DNA of 63,865 nucleotides, the filler included, from Collodictyon triciliatum (taxonomy: Eukaryota): assembly GCA_043381765.1 (NCBI GenBank). It is 48 parts of 48 records of this genome, joined end to end, with 100 filler letters (N's around TTAATTAATTAA, not from the genome) between each part and the next. Parts side by side here need not be neighbours in the genome. Positions count along the whole stretch, not along the records: positions 49,365 to 50,593 come from JBHJMP010011778.1; positions 50,694 to 51,921 come from JBHJMP010011779.1; positions 52,022 to 53,249 come from JBHJMP010011780.1; positions 53,350 to 54,577 come from JBHJMP010011781.1; positions 54,678 to 55,905 come from JBHJMP010011782.1; positions 56,006 to 57,232 come from JBHJMP010011783.1; positions 57,333 to 58,559 come from JBHJMP010011784.1; positions 58,660 to 59,886 come from JBHJMP010011785.1; 40 more parts are not named here. One strand, 5' to 3'. Shown one piece after another: positions 49,555-62,639 of this stretch. Under the pieces are notes generated by a model that made no database searches, was not told where the DNA came from, and worked only from the letters and a program-made list of their open reading frames with translations. Positions within the stretch are counted from its first letter, which is position 1. Every line of letters starts with the position of its first letter. Position numbers and translations under genes: made by a program.

Positions 49555-50151
49555 CACCCACAGCAGCATTTCCCAGGGGAAGCTCTGTAGCTGGGAGATC
49601 TTGAAGATCCAGGTGAAGAAGATGATCCAGGAAAGCCAGAGGTGCGCTCGGCGGAAGCGAAGGAGGATGGACGTGCGCAGAGGCAGCAGATGGGGCGTCG
49701 GGCCGTACGCGTGGCCGAGCTGCCGCTTCCAGTCCACAACCGTGTCTTTGTTGCCCAACAAGTTCCCGTACATGCCAGCCTCCAGGAGCCGGCACCTGCG
49801 CGAGACGAGCTCGTAGTTGACGTAGCGGCGCGCCTCCATCCAGATAAAGACCAGATGCAGCGACGCGATGAAGAGGAAGAAGCGGTGCGGGATGGACTCG
49901 TTCGACAGCGTGAACGTCGTCAGGGCGGCGCTTGTGCTCAGGGCCCAGTTCGTTGTCGTGTCGATGCGGGCGCGGTATGCCGTGAGCCGACTCATTTCCC
50001 CGCGGTAGATGTGCACAAAGGGGTTTGTCTCGTGCGCCGTCAGCCCGGGGCTCAGCGGCCCCTGCTCAAGCTCCTGCTCCTCTGCAGCAAGCTGGTGCGT
50101 CGGCTCGTCGGTCAGCTCGTCGAAATCGAGGCCGGGCTGCTGTCTGTCCAT
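49555..50151 (-). CDS. DUF2270-family integral membrane protein; 3-prime end probably interrupted by an intron before the GAAA repeat
   Basis: VHIYRGEMSRLTAYRARIDTTTNWA..H..EARRY..R.RLLE..W...L...Y..RFRR...W: hallmark motifs of DUF2270. Confidence 0.85.
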
Positions 50152-50973
50152 GCCGGCTGCGGGGCTGCTTGGCGAGGCGGCTGCTCTAATGCCGGCTCTT
50201 TTTGTCTGGCTGACTTTGCTGCCCCTCCCTTTCTCCTGCTATTCCTTTTTTTTTCTTTTATGACTCCGTGCTCGCAACGCGGTCTTTTTTGGCTGCTGTC
50301 ACGGGTTTGTGTGCGGTCTTGAAGCTGTTTTTTTTTTCTTTTAATTCTATTTTATTGGGCGCAAATACACTGCTACGCACCGCTCGCCCTCATTTATCCA
50401 ATCAAGTCGATCGGGCTGTGTGTGTGTTTGATGTGATTCAATGGGCTCAACTCGTTTTCCACATTTGATTTATCTGATGGAAATTTCTGGCGACCTTTCG
50501 TGCGTCATTTATTTCTGGCAGGAATGATGCGATATGACGGAAAAAACCAAAAAAAAAACGAAAAAAAAAAATGAAAAATGAATGAAAAACGAANNNNNNN
50601 NNNNNNNNNNNNNNNNNNNNNNNNNNNNNNNNNNNNNTTAATTAATTAANNNNNNNNNNNNNNNNNNNNNNNNNNNNNNNNNNNNNNNNNNNNGAAAAAG
50701 AAAGAAAAAGAAAGAAAAAGAAAGAAAAAGAAAGAAAAAGAAAGAAAAAGAAAGAAAAAGAAAGAAAAAGAAAGAAAAAGAAAGAAAAAGAAAGAGGGAG
50801 AAAAGCAAGACCTTCGCATCGCTCACACTGAAAAGGATTTTTTTTTTTAAAACGATTAAGGAACAGTAGAAACTGGGGCTGTTGATGATTAGGCTCATAA
50901 TATATTTTAGTAGACATGATTTGCAGAAAGCAATAGTAAGATGATAACATCCATGATTTAGAACTTTCCTGAC

Positions 50974-51633
50974 ATGAGCCGGATTCTTTTGGTTTCCTTC
51001 ATACTGGTTACTCTTCTGGTGCATCATGGCCAAGGTTTTCTTTCTCATTTATTTGATTCTAGGAAAGAAATGTTGTTTGTATTTTTTATTTTATATTTTT
51101 TTACAGCCCGACGTTCATCATACCCAACATTAATCATACATCTGTTTATTGGGATGGTGATTGCTGAGAAACTAGCCCGGCCGATTCTAATATGCATTTA
51201 ATATTAACCTCATCTGAATTAATGGAAAAAAACCTCATCTGAATCAATAGCGCGTCAGCTTGTAATTGGCCACCGTGGGAGTGTTGCCACAGCACCTGAG
51301 GTATATCTTTCTTTACCACAACGCAATTCAAAGAGATACAGCATAGGAACTTGTAAGATAATTTTTTTTTTTTTTTAGAAAACAACCCGAAGCAGAATAT
51401 AGTAATTGCTGTATTTTGTATTTTATATTATTTTATTTTAAATATTTTACAAATGTATATTTTTTTTGGTGGTATACACCAACTATGATGTTGAAGCGAT
51501 CTTTTATAGCCAAACTTTTAAATATTATAGAATACTATGCTTGGATTCCAACATGCCATTGAGCAGGGATGTGATGGAATTGAAGCTGACTTGCAAGTGA
51601 GCAAGGACGGCTACGTCGTTTTGATACATGACT
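50974..51633 (+). CDS. Glycerophosphodiester phosphodiesterase (GDPD) with signal peptide, 5-prime exons
   Basis: MSRILLVSFILVTLLVHHGQ; LVIGHRGSVATAPE-NTMLGFQHAIEQGCDGIEADLQVSKDGYVVLIHD. Confidence 0.9.
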
Positions 51634-52110
51634 CGTACTGTCATTATTTCCTCATTTTCCTATCACTTTGAAATCTTACAGTCCATATTTTCTTCGCAAC
51701 ATCACGATTCCAATAATGAAAATAAAACAAAACAAAAACAAAAACAAAAACAAAAACAAAAACAAAAACAAAAACAAAACACAAAACACAAAACACAAAA
51801 CACAAAACACAAAACACAAAACACAAACCAAGAAACAAACCAAGAAACAAACCAAGAAACAAACCAAGAAACAAACCAAGAAACAAACCAAGAAACAAAC
51901 CAAGAAACAAACCAAGAAACANNNNNNNNNNNNNNNNNNNNNNNNNNNNNNNNNNNNNNNNNNNNTTAATTAATTAANNNNNNNNNNNNNNNNNNNNNNN
52001 NNNNNNNNNNNNNNNNNNNNNACAAAAACAAAAACAAAAACAAAAACAAAAACAAAAACAAAAACAAAAACAAAAACAAAAAAACAAAAAAAACAAAAAA
52101 AACAAAAACA

Positions 52111-52141
<31 letters not shown>

Positions 52142-53126
52142 CAAAACAAAACAAAACAAACAAAAATAAACAAAAACAAACAAAAACAAACAAAAACAAA
52201 ACAAAACAAAACAAAACAAAACAAAACAAAACAACTGGGAGAAAAGCCATCAGCCTGCAATAGCTTGCCCCTTTCAACCTGTAATCTATTCCCATATAGC
52301 GATCACAAATATTTTAGCTGTTTCCTCTGGAAGGTGCGTTGGTAATTTCTGAGTGATCGTACAGAAATTGCTTAAAGACCAAGGACTGAGGAATACAATT
52401 GAATGATCCATACGTTAACAAGAGAAGTTCTTTATGTCCTTGTTCCTTAGGCCTGTTATATAGAGTATGGATTCGAGGAAACCATGCGTTGCAAGTATCT
52501 TAAGGACGAAAAAAAAGTTGCTAAAAAGGCTGCTAAGACACACAAATCAACTCCCAGCCCCTCCCCCTTTTTTTGCCTCATTTTAATTTTTGCTTTTGTT
52601 TGTTATTCAGGGGCACTATTTCCTCTTTTTTTTTATTATTTTTTTTAATATCCTCGATTCTCACCAGGAATATTACCAACATATAAGTATACTCGCTCTC
52701 ATGTATTCGATTCAAGGGGAGGGTTTTTTTTCTTCTTCTTCTTCTACTGCCAGACTTAGTTTTTGTACAGAATTATACCAAACTTAGAAATTGTCTGTGA
52801 AATGATCCACGGCTTCAAAAATATTTTATTTAAAAGACAGAATATAAATAATCTGCAATGATGATATGATTTTGGATTCTCATCCAGATGTTTGGTGATA
52901 AAATGAATGCAGGTGGTTTTTTTACTTCATCTTCTGGTTGTCATGAGTGTTTATGGAAGCCGCTGGCTACAAGGTTTCGAAATGGGCGATTTTCCTACCT
53001 TTATTCGATTATGCTATGTGGGCAATTTTATTTGTGGGATTATTTTATAGGAAACTAAATTCATAATACTACCTCAAGATGAAAAAATTGGAGGCCCCGC
53101 AGAATCCGGCTCGTATATTACTTCAC

Positions 53127-53249
<123 letters not shown>

Positions 53250-53549
53250 NNNNNNNNNNNNNNNNNNNNNNNNNNNNNNNNNNNNNNNNNNNNTTAATTA
53301 ATTAANNNNNNNNNNNNNNNNNNNNNNNNNNNNNNNNNNNNNNNNNNNNCACCAAATTAAATATTTAATAAAACAAAAAAAAAAAAACACTTAAACGAAA
53401 AACCAAAGCCTCGTCAATATTTTATGTCGAAATACTTCACAAATCGTAGATAACCAGAATAAATACATTTATGTTCCAAAAAAAACACAACGTCACATAT
53501 ATTCACACAAACAACAGTTTTTTTATTTTGTTTATTTCGATGTATATTA

Positions 53550-53845
53550 AGTTCCTTCTCTCAACAACTTTGCCCACCTCACATTCTCCATTACTCAGAC
53601 CCTGTGAGAAGAAACATATGGAAGGAGCCCGAGAAAGAAATTAAACCTCGCTTTGCATCTTTTATTGAAGCACAAGACACAGCCCAAAATCCAACCCGTT
53701 GGATGCAATTCCAAATTACTGACTACTCCAGCGATCTGGTGTCCATGAGCATCTATATGAACTAAGGTTAGAAAACCAAAGCCAAAATCTCCACCGGCTT
53801 GCCCACGTCTAATGGAAAATAGAGAAAAATGAAAATGAAAATAAA
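53550..53845 (+). mobile_element. Diverged family B-related LINE 3-prime end (family C), 5-prime truncated
   Basis: YSDPVRRNIWKEPEKEIKPRFASFIEAQD..MQFQITDY; 3-prime UTR ACCAAAGCCAA.ATCTCCACC as in family B. Confidence 0.75.
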
Positions 53846-55825
53846 GGACAAAGAACCTTGGGTACAGGCCCATCACAAAGCCTACCATTTTATAGCCAAG
53901 TAGCCTGCTGATGTGTGAATCCTTAGAAACGAGCGGCGCTACCAATGAACGGAATCTTGGGGATTTAGAATAATACTTTTTGTTCATTGTTCAAGTCTAT
54001 GAAGTTTTTTTTTAATTTTTTTGTATGGCATTACCATTGGCAGCCGGAAACACAGTTTTGCCCGAGCCTGGTTCAATGGTCTTGCGGTACAGTATTGTTG
54101 TGGTGTATAAGCATGTTTGAGTGGGGAAATCTTGTCGCCTCGGTTGCCATTTAATTGCTGTGCACATTTTGATGAGCGAACGTATGCAGCCATGGAGATT
54201 TGTCTCTTAACATCCCTTTTTTTTTTTTTTTTATTGTAAAGGATGGTCAGATTTTCATGATAACTTGAGTTTTATATGCATCTGTTGTGATATTATTGGA
54301 TGCGAGAGTGGTATGAGTGCTGTATTTGTTCGGATGTTATCAGCAATAAACATTTTTGACAACAAATAATAAATATTCATGTCTGTGCTGAGAAAACAAA
54401 TGAGAAAACCATCGCGATAACACAGATAGTTGCGATATATGATGGCTGGGCGTAGACTGACTTCTTTGGGTTTCGATAGTCGCTCATTGAAATTAAACGT
54501 AAAGATATTGAAGCTTAATTAAGGAAAGATACACTGGAAAAAAGAGAAAAGAGAAAAGAGAAAAGAGAAAAGAGAAANNNNNNNNNNNNNNNNNNNNNNN
54601 NNNNNNNNNNNNNNNNNNNNNTTAATTAATTAANNNNNNNNNNNNNNNNNNNNNNNNNNNNNNNNNNNNNNNNNNNNAAGAAAGAAAAAAGAAAGAAAAA
54701 GAAAGAAAGAAAAAAAGAAGGAAAAAAAGAAGGAAAAAAAGAAAGAAAAAGAAAGAAAAAAAAAGAAAGAAAAAAAGAAGGAAAAAAAGAAGGAAAAAAA
54801 GAAAGAAAAAGAAAGAAAAAGAAAGAAAAAGAAGGAAAAAAGAAAAAAAAGAAAGAAAAAAGAAAGAAAAAAGAAAGAAAAAAGAAGGAAAAAAAGAAAG
54901 AAAAAGAAGGAAAAAAAGAAAGAAAAAGAAAGAAAAAGAAGGAAAAAAAGAAAGAAAAAGAAAGAAAAAAGAAAGAAAAAGAACGAAAAAAAAGAAAGAT
55001 TAAGAAAGAGAAAAAAAGAAAAAAGAAAATAAACAACCGAAAAAGAGAAAGGGTAAATATTTCATTTGTACATAGGTGCCTTTATATGTGATACCATAAG
55101 ACCCATCGAGCAGTTCCTTTTTCTAGTTTGAGTTAAGAAGAAAAGAAAAAAAAGAGGTATAGGAGGCTGGGAATTGAGCCGGTCATTAGCGCGCAGAGGA
55201 CTCGTTTGCTTTGAAAGCAAGTCCATTTGAACGATTGTAACGCGGACGATTGTCAGTAACACCCTCAAAAACGGTAGACGCCGTGCGATTCACGTGCACT
55301 CTTTCAACTGGGAAAGCGTTTTCTTTGCGTCCAGTCCCACGCTCGCTTGTTGCCTGGTTTCATATTTGTGGGAAGAAAGAAGTAAAATTATAAATTGGGG
55401 GAGAATAAAAAGCAGAGGGAAACAGGGATTGATGAGAGTTTCTGCCGAAAGAATACGATTACTAAGAGTATTTGGAATAGATTGTTCTTTTTTTTTTTAA
55501 ACACAACATCAAAAGGGTCGCAACAATACCCACCTCATAAGCTGCCAATGCTTGCTGGGATGCGGATTTAGTGCAAGCTCTTTGTTGTGGGAGATGGGCG
55601 AATATATTGGAGATGGGTCTAATATTAGCCTCGTGTTGACTGTATCTTGTGGAGGAGCGGCTTTGGGGGGACGCGGCAGAGTTTGGACGACTTACTTCAG
55701 GAGTCAAGGGACGTATGGGATTTACCCTGAAATAACGGGTTCGCTTTAGGTTCGATGAATCTTCATATATTCCAAAAAAAAAAAAGACAAATGCATAGCT
55801 GAAACAACGAGATAGAATGATTGCA

Positions 55826-55905
<80 letters not shown>

Positions 55906-56110
55906 NNNNNNNNNNNNNNNNNNNNNNNNNNNNNNNNNNNNNNNNNNNNTTAATTAATTAANNNNNNNNNNNNNNNNNNNNNNNNNNNNNNNNNNNNNNN
56001 NNNNNTTGTCCGGCGAAGCACACCCCAGCTGCCCTGGATTGGGTATAACTGAGGGCACAGGAGGAGGGCTCAGGGAATGCGTGATACAGGGCCGGAATCA
56101 CACACACACC

Positions 56111-56186
56111 GCCATATGTGGGGTTCGAACCACGTTCGCGCAGGTCAGACGCTGTCCCATGCCAGTTGGACTACAACGTCTGCCCC
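56111..56186 (-). ncRNA. tRNA-derived (SINE-like) head with Pol III A and B boxes; element continues to contig end at 56006
   Basis: GGGGCAGACGTTGTAGTCCAACTGGCATGGGACAGCGTCTGACCTGCGCGAACGTGGTTCGAACCCCACATATGGC: A box TAGTCCAACTGG, D-arm GTCC/GGAC, B box GGTTCGAACCC; acceptor stem does not pair. Confidence 0.6.
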
Positions 56187-56187
56187 T

Positions 56188-57232
56188 AGTCGGTTGGGAG
56201 CATAATCAAGCTCAAAGAGCATCTCGTGGGTAGATTCTGTCACTTTTTGAGCAAGAGAGCACTTCACAAATGTGTGTTCGATAGAGTAATCTCCACTATG
56301 ATAAATGGTGCATTCTGGAGAGGTCGTTGCTGCATGGACTACGCGCGCACCTATCCACAGCTCTCTGTTGGAGATATTGAGCAGTATGGCGCGGTGTTTA
56401 GGGAGTAATTGATATGTGCGGGCTTGCTTCCAGCTTTTGACTATCGGCGGGTCTTTAATGCCTATAGTTTCGGCCCTACGACTCATCTTCTCCGGTTTGT
56501 AGGGATTCGGACTGATGATTTTATATCGAAACAGCTTGGAGTATGCCATGGCCATCGAGAATTGCGGAGAGTCAGGTGCTATGGACCGCCTTTGGTTCTT
56601 TAGGCGAAAGAAAAATGACAACGGCGCTCCGTATGAGATGGGACGTCGTGAGCGCCATTCTCTTTTGTTGTTCAGGACGGCTGTGGTAGGGATTGCATTC
56701 GTTGGGTGAAATATCGTTGCATTTTTCGACGGTGCGAAGCTCCCATCCTTTTGGAAAGCGACTTGTTGCAGGACGAAGGAGCTGCTTCCTTCTCTCAGCT
56801 TGATGATACAGAAGCCTTTTGCTCTATCCCAGCAAAGTTGGCCCGTAACAGCATGAAGTTGGGTAGACTCGCACATTTCACAGTTTCCATACAGAATCTT
56901 CCACCGCGCTAGTAGCGGCTCGGGCGTGTTTGGCTGGGGTGATGTGATTCTGTACTCACAGAGCTGCGCCTTGAAGTTCGGGCATAAGCGATGGATAAGG
57001 TGCTACATTCCACCCTCTTCGATCTCGGCTGGTTTAATCCAATCATGGATGGACTTCAGTGAGACCAGGCGCGAGGCTGGCGGCAGTCAGCCTCGTGCAA
57101 GGTCGAGCTTGCATCGGGAAACGGAACATCTCGATCGATCATTCGTGGCTGACGTACCGCGATCAAAAAGTGCGATTGAGAACGAACTCTTCAAAGACGA
57201 AGACTGCTTTGTCCGCCTTCGGGGCAAGCAAT
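56188..57232 (-). mobile_element. Family A LINE ORF2, post-RT region through CCHC knuckle, with premature stops at 57087-57089 and 57003-57005
   Basis: CKLDLARG*L (GGL motif), FSMAMAY, RELWIG..CTIYHSGDYSIEHTFVKC; overlaps 23638-23956 and 62782-62820. Confidence 0.88.
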
Positions 57233-57514
57233 NNNNNNNNNNNNNNNNNNNNNNNNNNNNNNNNNNNNNNNNNNNNTTAATTAATTAANNNNNNNNNNNN
57301 NNNNNNNNNNNNNNNNNNNNNNNNNNNNNNNNTTGTCACCCATATTTTTTAATATGCCATTCATCTAATCAGGGACCAAGTCCGCGCAATTTTGCAACTT
57401 GCATCGAGCAGGTTGATTTTATTTATTGATTATTGATTGATTTAGGAAAAAATTTTCTGATAACACTCCCTGCCCAAACAAATATCTTGAAAATAAGATT
57501 GGAGATCAAACTTT

Positions 57515-58559
57515 GGAACCTGAGGCTGTGGTGGCGTGCATAGAGTCCTGTTGTGAAATGTATTCCAAAAAATTATCTGAAGAACAAAACCGAATATTGA
57601 AAGATGGAATTCAGGGAAATTCGTCATTACGTAATCCACTATCTCGAATAATTGCAACTAATAATATTACTCGTTTTTTTTTTTTAAAAAAAATAATCGT
57701 AATTTCTAATTAATATTTGAATTGCTTTAGGCAAACCCAACATGCTGCGTCTGGCTTTATCAGAGCTTATTGATTTCGGTGTGTTTGAAAAGCTGAGTTT
57801 CTTACTTCGAGATATAACATTACAAGCGAATTCAGGAGATAAAAAGCTACTGAAATTCATAGTAGGCAACTACGAAGTTCATTATGGTACGCTCTACGAG
57901 AATATTCACTACGTTACAAAACGCAAAAATTTAATTTTACTATAATCATTCTTAATTGACATGCCACTAATTCAACGCAGGGCCGCTCGTTAAGCAAACT
58001 TTCAGAAGTTTTTTGGTTACAGAGATTGGTCTTTGTCTCGATTCTCACAAACAAGTCCAGCTGGAAACAAGTGTGCAAGAATGCAGTAATTTAAAATGGT
58101 GATTACACTATTCTTTAAAACGCAAAGAAAAATTGCAAATAATATGGATATTATTATGCAATCTTATTTTGAAATTTGTGCACGCATTTTTCAAAAGAAA
58201 ACTATTATGATTACAAATAAATAACAGTGATGCACTTGTCGCTATGTTGGAAACTTTTGGATTTATTCGATTGAATGATAAAAGGTTTTAATATCCATTC
58301 TCATTTATTATAATCCCATTTATTATGAATAGATGTTGCGTAAATAAAAATCTACTCTGATTCACAATTTGAACTATCAGATATGTCTTGACGAATGATG
58401 AGATTCTGCGCCCATTTTTGGAAAAAAGGTATCTCGGTTCAAAACCGCAGTCATGTGAGGCCTGGCAAGATTACATCGACCTACTGATGTATGAGATAAA
58501 ATCATGCCCAAACATTGGAGAAATAGGCACCAAACTTGTTAATGAATTGCTTCGCAGCT
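57515..58559 (+). CDS. Second TEP1/NPHP3-type NACHT protein, helical region after the NTPase core, internal exons
   Basis: YSKKLSEEQ..GKPNMLRLALSELIDFGVFEKL..LRPFLEKRYL..ELL, like the Y.KKL...Q..NPLYL...EL..FG..E.L / .R.AV..RYL pattern of this family. Confidence 0.55.
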
Positions 58560-59242
58560 NNNNNNNNNNNNNNNNNNNNNNNNNNNNNNNNNNNNNNNNN
58601 NNNTTAATTAATTAANNNNNNNNNNNNNNNNNNNNNNNNNNNNNNNNNNNNNNNNNNNNCACAAAGAAGTTCAAGGCGAGCGCCTAACACAACTATCATT
58701 GCTGACGATGGTATTTTCGAGGCAAAGTGCGAGGATGTTTGTGATTGAAGAAACCCAGCATTGGTCTCTGCCTTTCAGCAAACAGTTTTTTCAACGAGAA
58801 CGAATAAATTTTATGAGCCTGCAACACATAGTCCAGCCACTCTCATTCGCACCACACAACCACAATTGAATATGCGAGTGAAAAGAGAAAACCATTTCTT
58901 TATTCCGACAGTTCCTTGAGAAATAAAATAGAAATGAGGAAACCGCCCTTCGCCTCTACGATAAAAATGAGCTGTGGACAAGACAGTGGAAACCCCCGGA
59001 TTGTGTGGTTGGATTTTTTTGTTTTGGAAGCAAGGGAAAAAAGATATAAAAGAAAGCGTTCTCACACGCAGACTATTCTACCTGAGGTGAACCAGCTCCA
59101 ACGCGATTTCTGGTTTTGTTTGAGACTGACAGAAGAGCGGATAAGGTTGTGTCGATGAAAGTACGCACATGGCTGTTACTTCTCAAATCGATTCCGACGA
59201 GTCCTTTCAACCATCTATCTCAGACAATCTTTTCATTCTATT

Positions 59243-59886
59243 TCATCCCACAAGATGAGTCTTTTGAGGGGACAACGGGTCACTTTCCTTGCGTTTCTTG
59301 CTGGGCGACTCTGACAAAAAGCGATACATCGTTATTTGTCTGGTGTTAACGGAAGTAGCGCTTGACCGTCCCCTGGTTTCGGAACCGTGCGTAGCCGGCA
59401 GTGGACTTTACTCAACCGGAATATGGATACGCGTTTGTCCATTTAGAAACATACACTCCTGCTTGCTCGGACTGTCTTGAGTGTGGAGTCCCAAGCTTGG
59501 ATTCGACTTGTGGTGTTTGCTCTTGCTCCTTTGTTTCTCGGTGCAACGGGCTGGGACAGAGAAAACGGACTATCTTGGTGGGCGCTGGTTCTTGTGTTGG
59601 CTTCTCTTTGGAGTATCCTTTTGGATAAGTAACGAAGACTGCCTTGAGGCCTCATATGTTAACCATATTCACGTCGGTCTGAACGGGTAGTTTAAGGTGA
59701 TTTCTTTCGGGGTTTGGAGATGCGCTGCTCTTGGGTCTTGCGATGTGCGGGGCTTGTCCGGTGTTGGCGGTGGAGGACTCGAGTGCGAAGATTCTGAAGA
59801 GGAACCGAGATTTCCTTCCATGTCATCGTCGCTGTCGCTGTATGCGCGTATCTGCTGTGAGTCTTGCGGACTCTGTTGTTGCCTGG
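59243..59886 (-). mobile_element. Putative non-LTR ORF1 C-terminal fragment (degenerate)
   Basis: Homologous to 8815-9264; extends to ..FLSESPSKKRKESDPLSPQKTHLVG*. Confidence 0.7.
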
Positions 59887-60866
59887 NNNNNNNNNNNNNN
59901 NNNNNNNNNNNNNNNNNNNNNNNNNNNNNNTTAATTAATTAANNNNNNNNNNNNNNNNNNNNNNNNNNNNNNNNNNNNNNNNNNNNATTTTTATTTTTAT
60001 TTTTATTTTTATTTTTATTTTTATTTTTATTTTTATTTTTATTTTTATTTTTATTTTTATTTTTATTTAATTTTATCTTCATCTTTGAGCGGGGCAAAGA
60101 GCCGAACCGATCGTCCACAACGGCGCCATCAGCTCTGACATACAAAAACCCAGCAACAAAAACCGGAGCTTGTTTTTGTGGATCACAAAAGAAAAAAAGG
60201 AGATCTAGTCGAAATCCGTTGCTTCGAGCACACTTTTTCATACCAAAAAAAATTATAAAATGTGGAATATAGGGCAGGGCACAAGGTGACGGGAAAGTTA
60301 CGAGGAAACCATAAGGCTGGGTTATCAAGCGCAAGAAGGGACTTCGAATATTCTTGCCAGCGCGTCTCTCAATCCCGATGTGCGCTATCTCAGCAGGGCA
60401 CTCCAGCATGATTGGTCCTACCACAAACTTGCAGAACACCACTCCGCATCTCGGGTCATCACAGCGCCCTGCGCGACCAGAAGAACTTCCAGAATCTTCC
60501 ATACTTTCTCAAATTGGTATGCGCATGTGTCGTTCTCCAAGCTGGGAATTTAAATTTGGAATTCAAAGGGTGTATCCCTAAAATGCACGTTTGAATTGGT
60601 CTGTGCCTTCTCGCACAAATAACCCCCTGACGCTTCGGTTTTGTCAAACGGGTTTCTGGAATAAATGATTCCAAAAAAAAATACAGGAAAGTTCAAACGA
60701 AAATTAGTGGCGTATTGTCCCAAGAGAAGGTTGCGGGTGGTGTTTGCACAAAAATGGTTTTCTAAAAAGCAACAACCTGGTTAAGAGATAGGACTGAATC
60801 ACGCTAGCGCGGTCATTCGCACATTTGTGTCTCATATAATTCGCATGTTTTTAATCGATAATTTTT

Positions 60867-61035
60867 TTTGTTGTCTTTTGTTGTTTTTTGTTGTCTTTTG
60901 TTGTCTTTTGTTGTCTTTTGTTGTCTTTGTTGTCTTTTGTTGTCTTTTGTTGTCTTTTGCTGTCTTTTGTTGTCTTTTGTTGTCTTTTGTTGTCTTTTGT
61001 TGTCTTTTGTTGTCTTTGTTGTCTTTGTTGTCTTT
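60867..61035. repeat. (TTTTGTTGTC)n tandem repeat
   Basis: Direct reading. Confidence 0.9.
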
Positions 61036-61313
61036 CGGCGATAGTTTTGTTTGCTCCTTCCCCTAAAACATAATCGAAAAGTCCTCTTTTTTTTCTATTT
61101 TCTTTTTTCTTTTTTCTTTTTTCTTTTTTCTTTTTTCTTTTTTCTTTTTTCTTTTTTCTTCTTTCTTTTTTCTTTTTTCTTTTTTCTTTTTTCTTTTTTC
61201 TTTTTTCTTTTTTNNNNNNNNNNNNNNNNNNNNNNNNNNNNNNNNNNNNNNNNNNNNTTAATTAATTAANNNNNNNNNNNNNNNNNNNNNNNNNNNNNNN
61301 NNNNNNNNNNNNN

Positions 61314-61423
61314 ATAAATTAATAATAATAAATTAATAATAATAAATTAATAATAATAAATTAATAATAATAAATTAATAATAATAAATTAATAATAATA
61401 AATTAATAATAAATTAATAATAA

Positions 61424-61484
<61 letters not shown>

Positions 61485-61538
61485 TAATAATAAATTAATA
61501 ATAAATTAATAATAAATTAATAATAAATTAATAATAAA
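61314..61538. repeat. (AATAATAAATT)n / (AAT)n compound repeat
   Basis: Direct reading. Confidence 0.9.
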
Positions 61539-61709
61539 TACTGGGGTGTTGAAATTCATCCCTTTATCTGTCTGATCCTTTTTCCTTTCGTTTCCCCCTT
61601 CGTTTTCCCCTTCGCTTTTCCTTTTCCTTTTCCTTTTCCTTCCAATTCTGATCGCATACATTTTTAATCCTGGATCATTTTCTTCTCTTTCTCTTTGTCT
61701 ATACAAAAG

Positions 61710-62368
61710 CAAACGGTTTGTTACGGTCCCTTTCGGCAAAATACCGATGGAGTTTGCGATCCTCAACAGACTAACCTATCTGTCTAATGAGGAAGAGATG
61801 CAAAAGTAGACAGCTAAGCCTTGTATTCTGCATCTTCTAACTGCTTAAATACACATATATTTCTTTTGACGAAATGGCAGCCTAAACAATTTTTTTCTCC
61901 CTGCTCCACACACATCTCAACCCCCTTCTCGACTGTTTAAGAGTGAATGAGTTGCGTGAGGGTGCAATGATAAGCCTTGAAAATGAAGTCAGAATGTGGG
62001 ATGGGATTCTGAACCGCATAGAGCAGCACACAAACGCATACCCCACACTCATGGAGGTGAGACATTTTGTCAAACATATTTATTCTTACTGATGAAGCGC
62101 TGCGCAATCACGTGCAGCTATCCAGATGAAGCCAAGGTGCTTTTTTTTTTAATTTATTTATCTATTTATTTTTACCTCACGTATGACTTCTTTACAACCA
62201 CAGGAGGACGAGCTTCGTTTGAAGAAGAAAAACATAAAGTCTGACACCATCCGCGCTATGACCATCTTCCTATACGGTGAGAAGCGCACGGTTGCAGAGA
62301 CTGCGCGTCTCGCCAAGCAAGAGCAGGCTGCGGTTCTCGACAAATTGGGAGAGGTTATTATTCAATAA
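61710..62368 (+). CDS. SET-domain methyltransferase C-terminus (Rubisco LSMT substrate-binding domain, SETD3-like), last exons
   Basis: GKIPMEFAILNRLTYLSNEEE; ISLENEVRM..L..I......YPTLME-EDELRL..IRAMTIFLYGEKRTV; stop 62366-62368. Confidence 0.7.
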
Positions 62369-62639
62369 GGAGCCATTTATCATTCTATTATTTATTATAC
62401 ATACTCATATACGCATGCGCACATAATAACATGTACATATTCTCTCGTCCTGGCTCTGCTCCGGGCAAATAAATAGCTGTCTTGACAAGCATCAAACACG
62501 GCAATAATGATATTTGCTCTTAAAAAAAATCAAGAGAGANNNNNNNNNNNNNNNNNNNNNNNNNNNNNNNNNNNNNNNNNNNNTTAATTAATTAANNNNN
62601 NNNNNNNNNNNNNNNNNNNNNNNNNNNNNNNNNNNNNNN

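Noticed and set aside
56877..57232. TGA read as Trp (alternative genetic code), suggested by several TGAs in one frame
   Set aside because: That frame is not the coding one; the true frame has just one TGA and one TAG, consistent with ordinary pseudogene decay, and host exons show no in-frame stops
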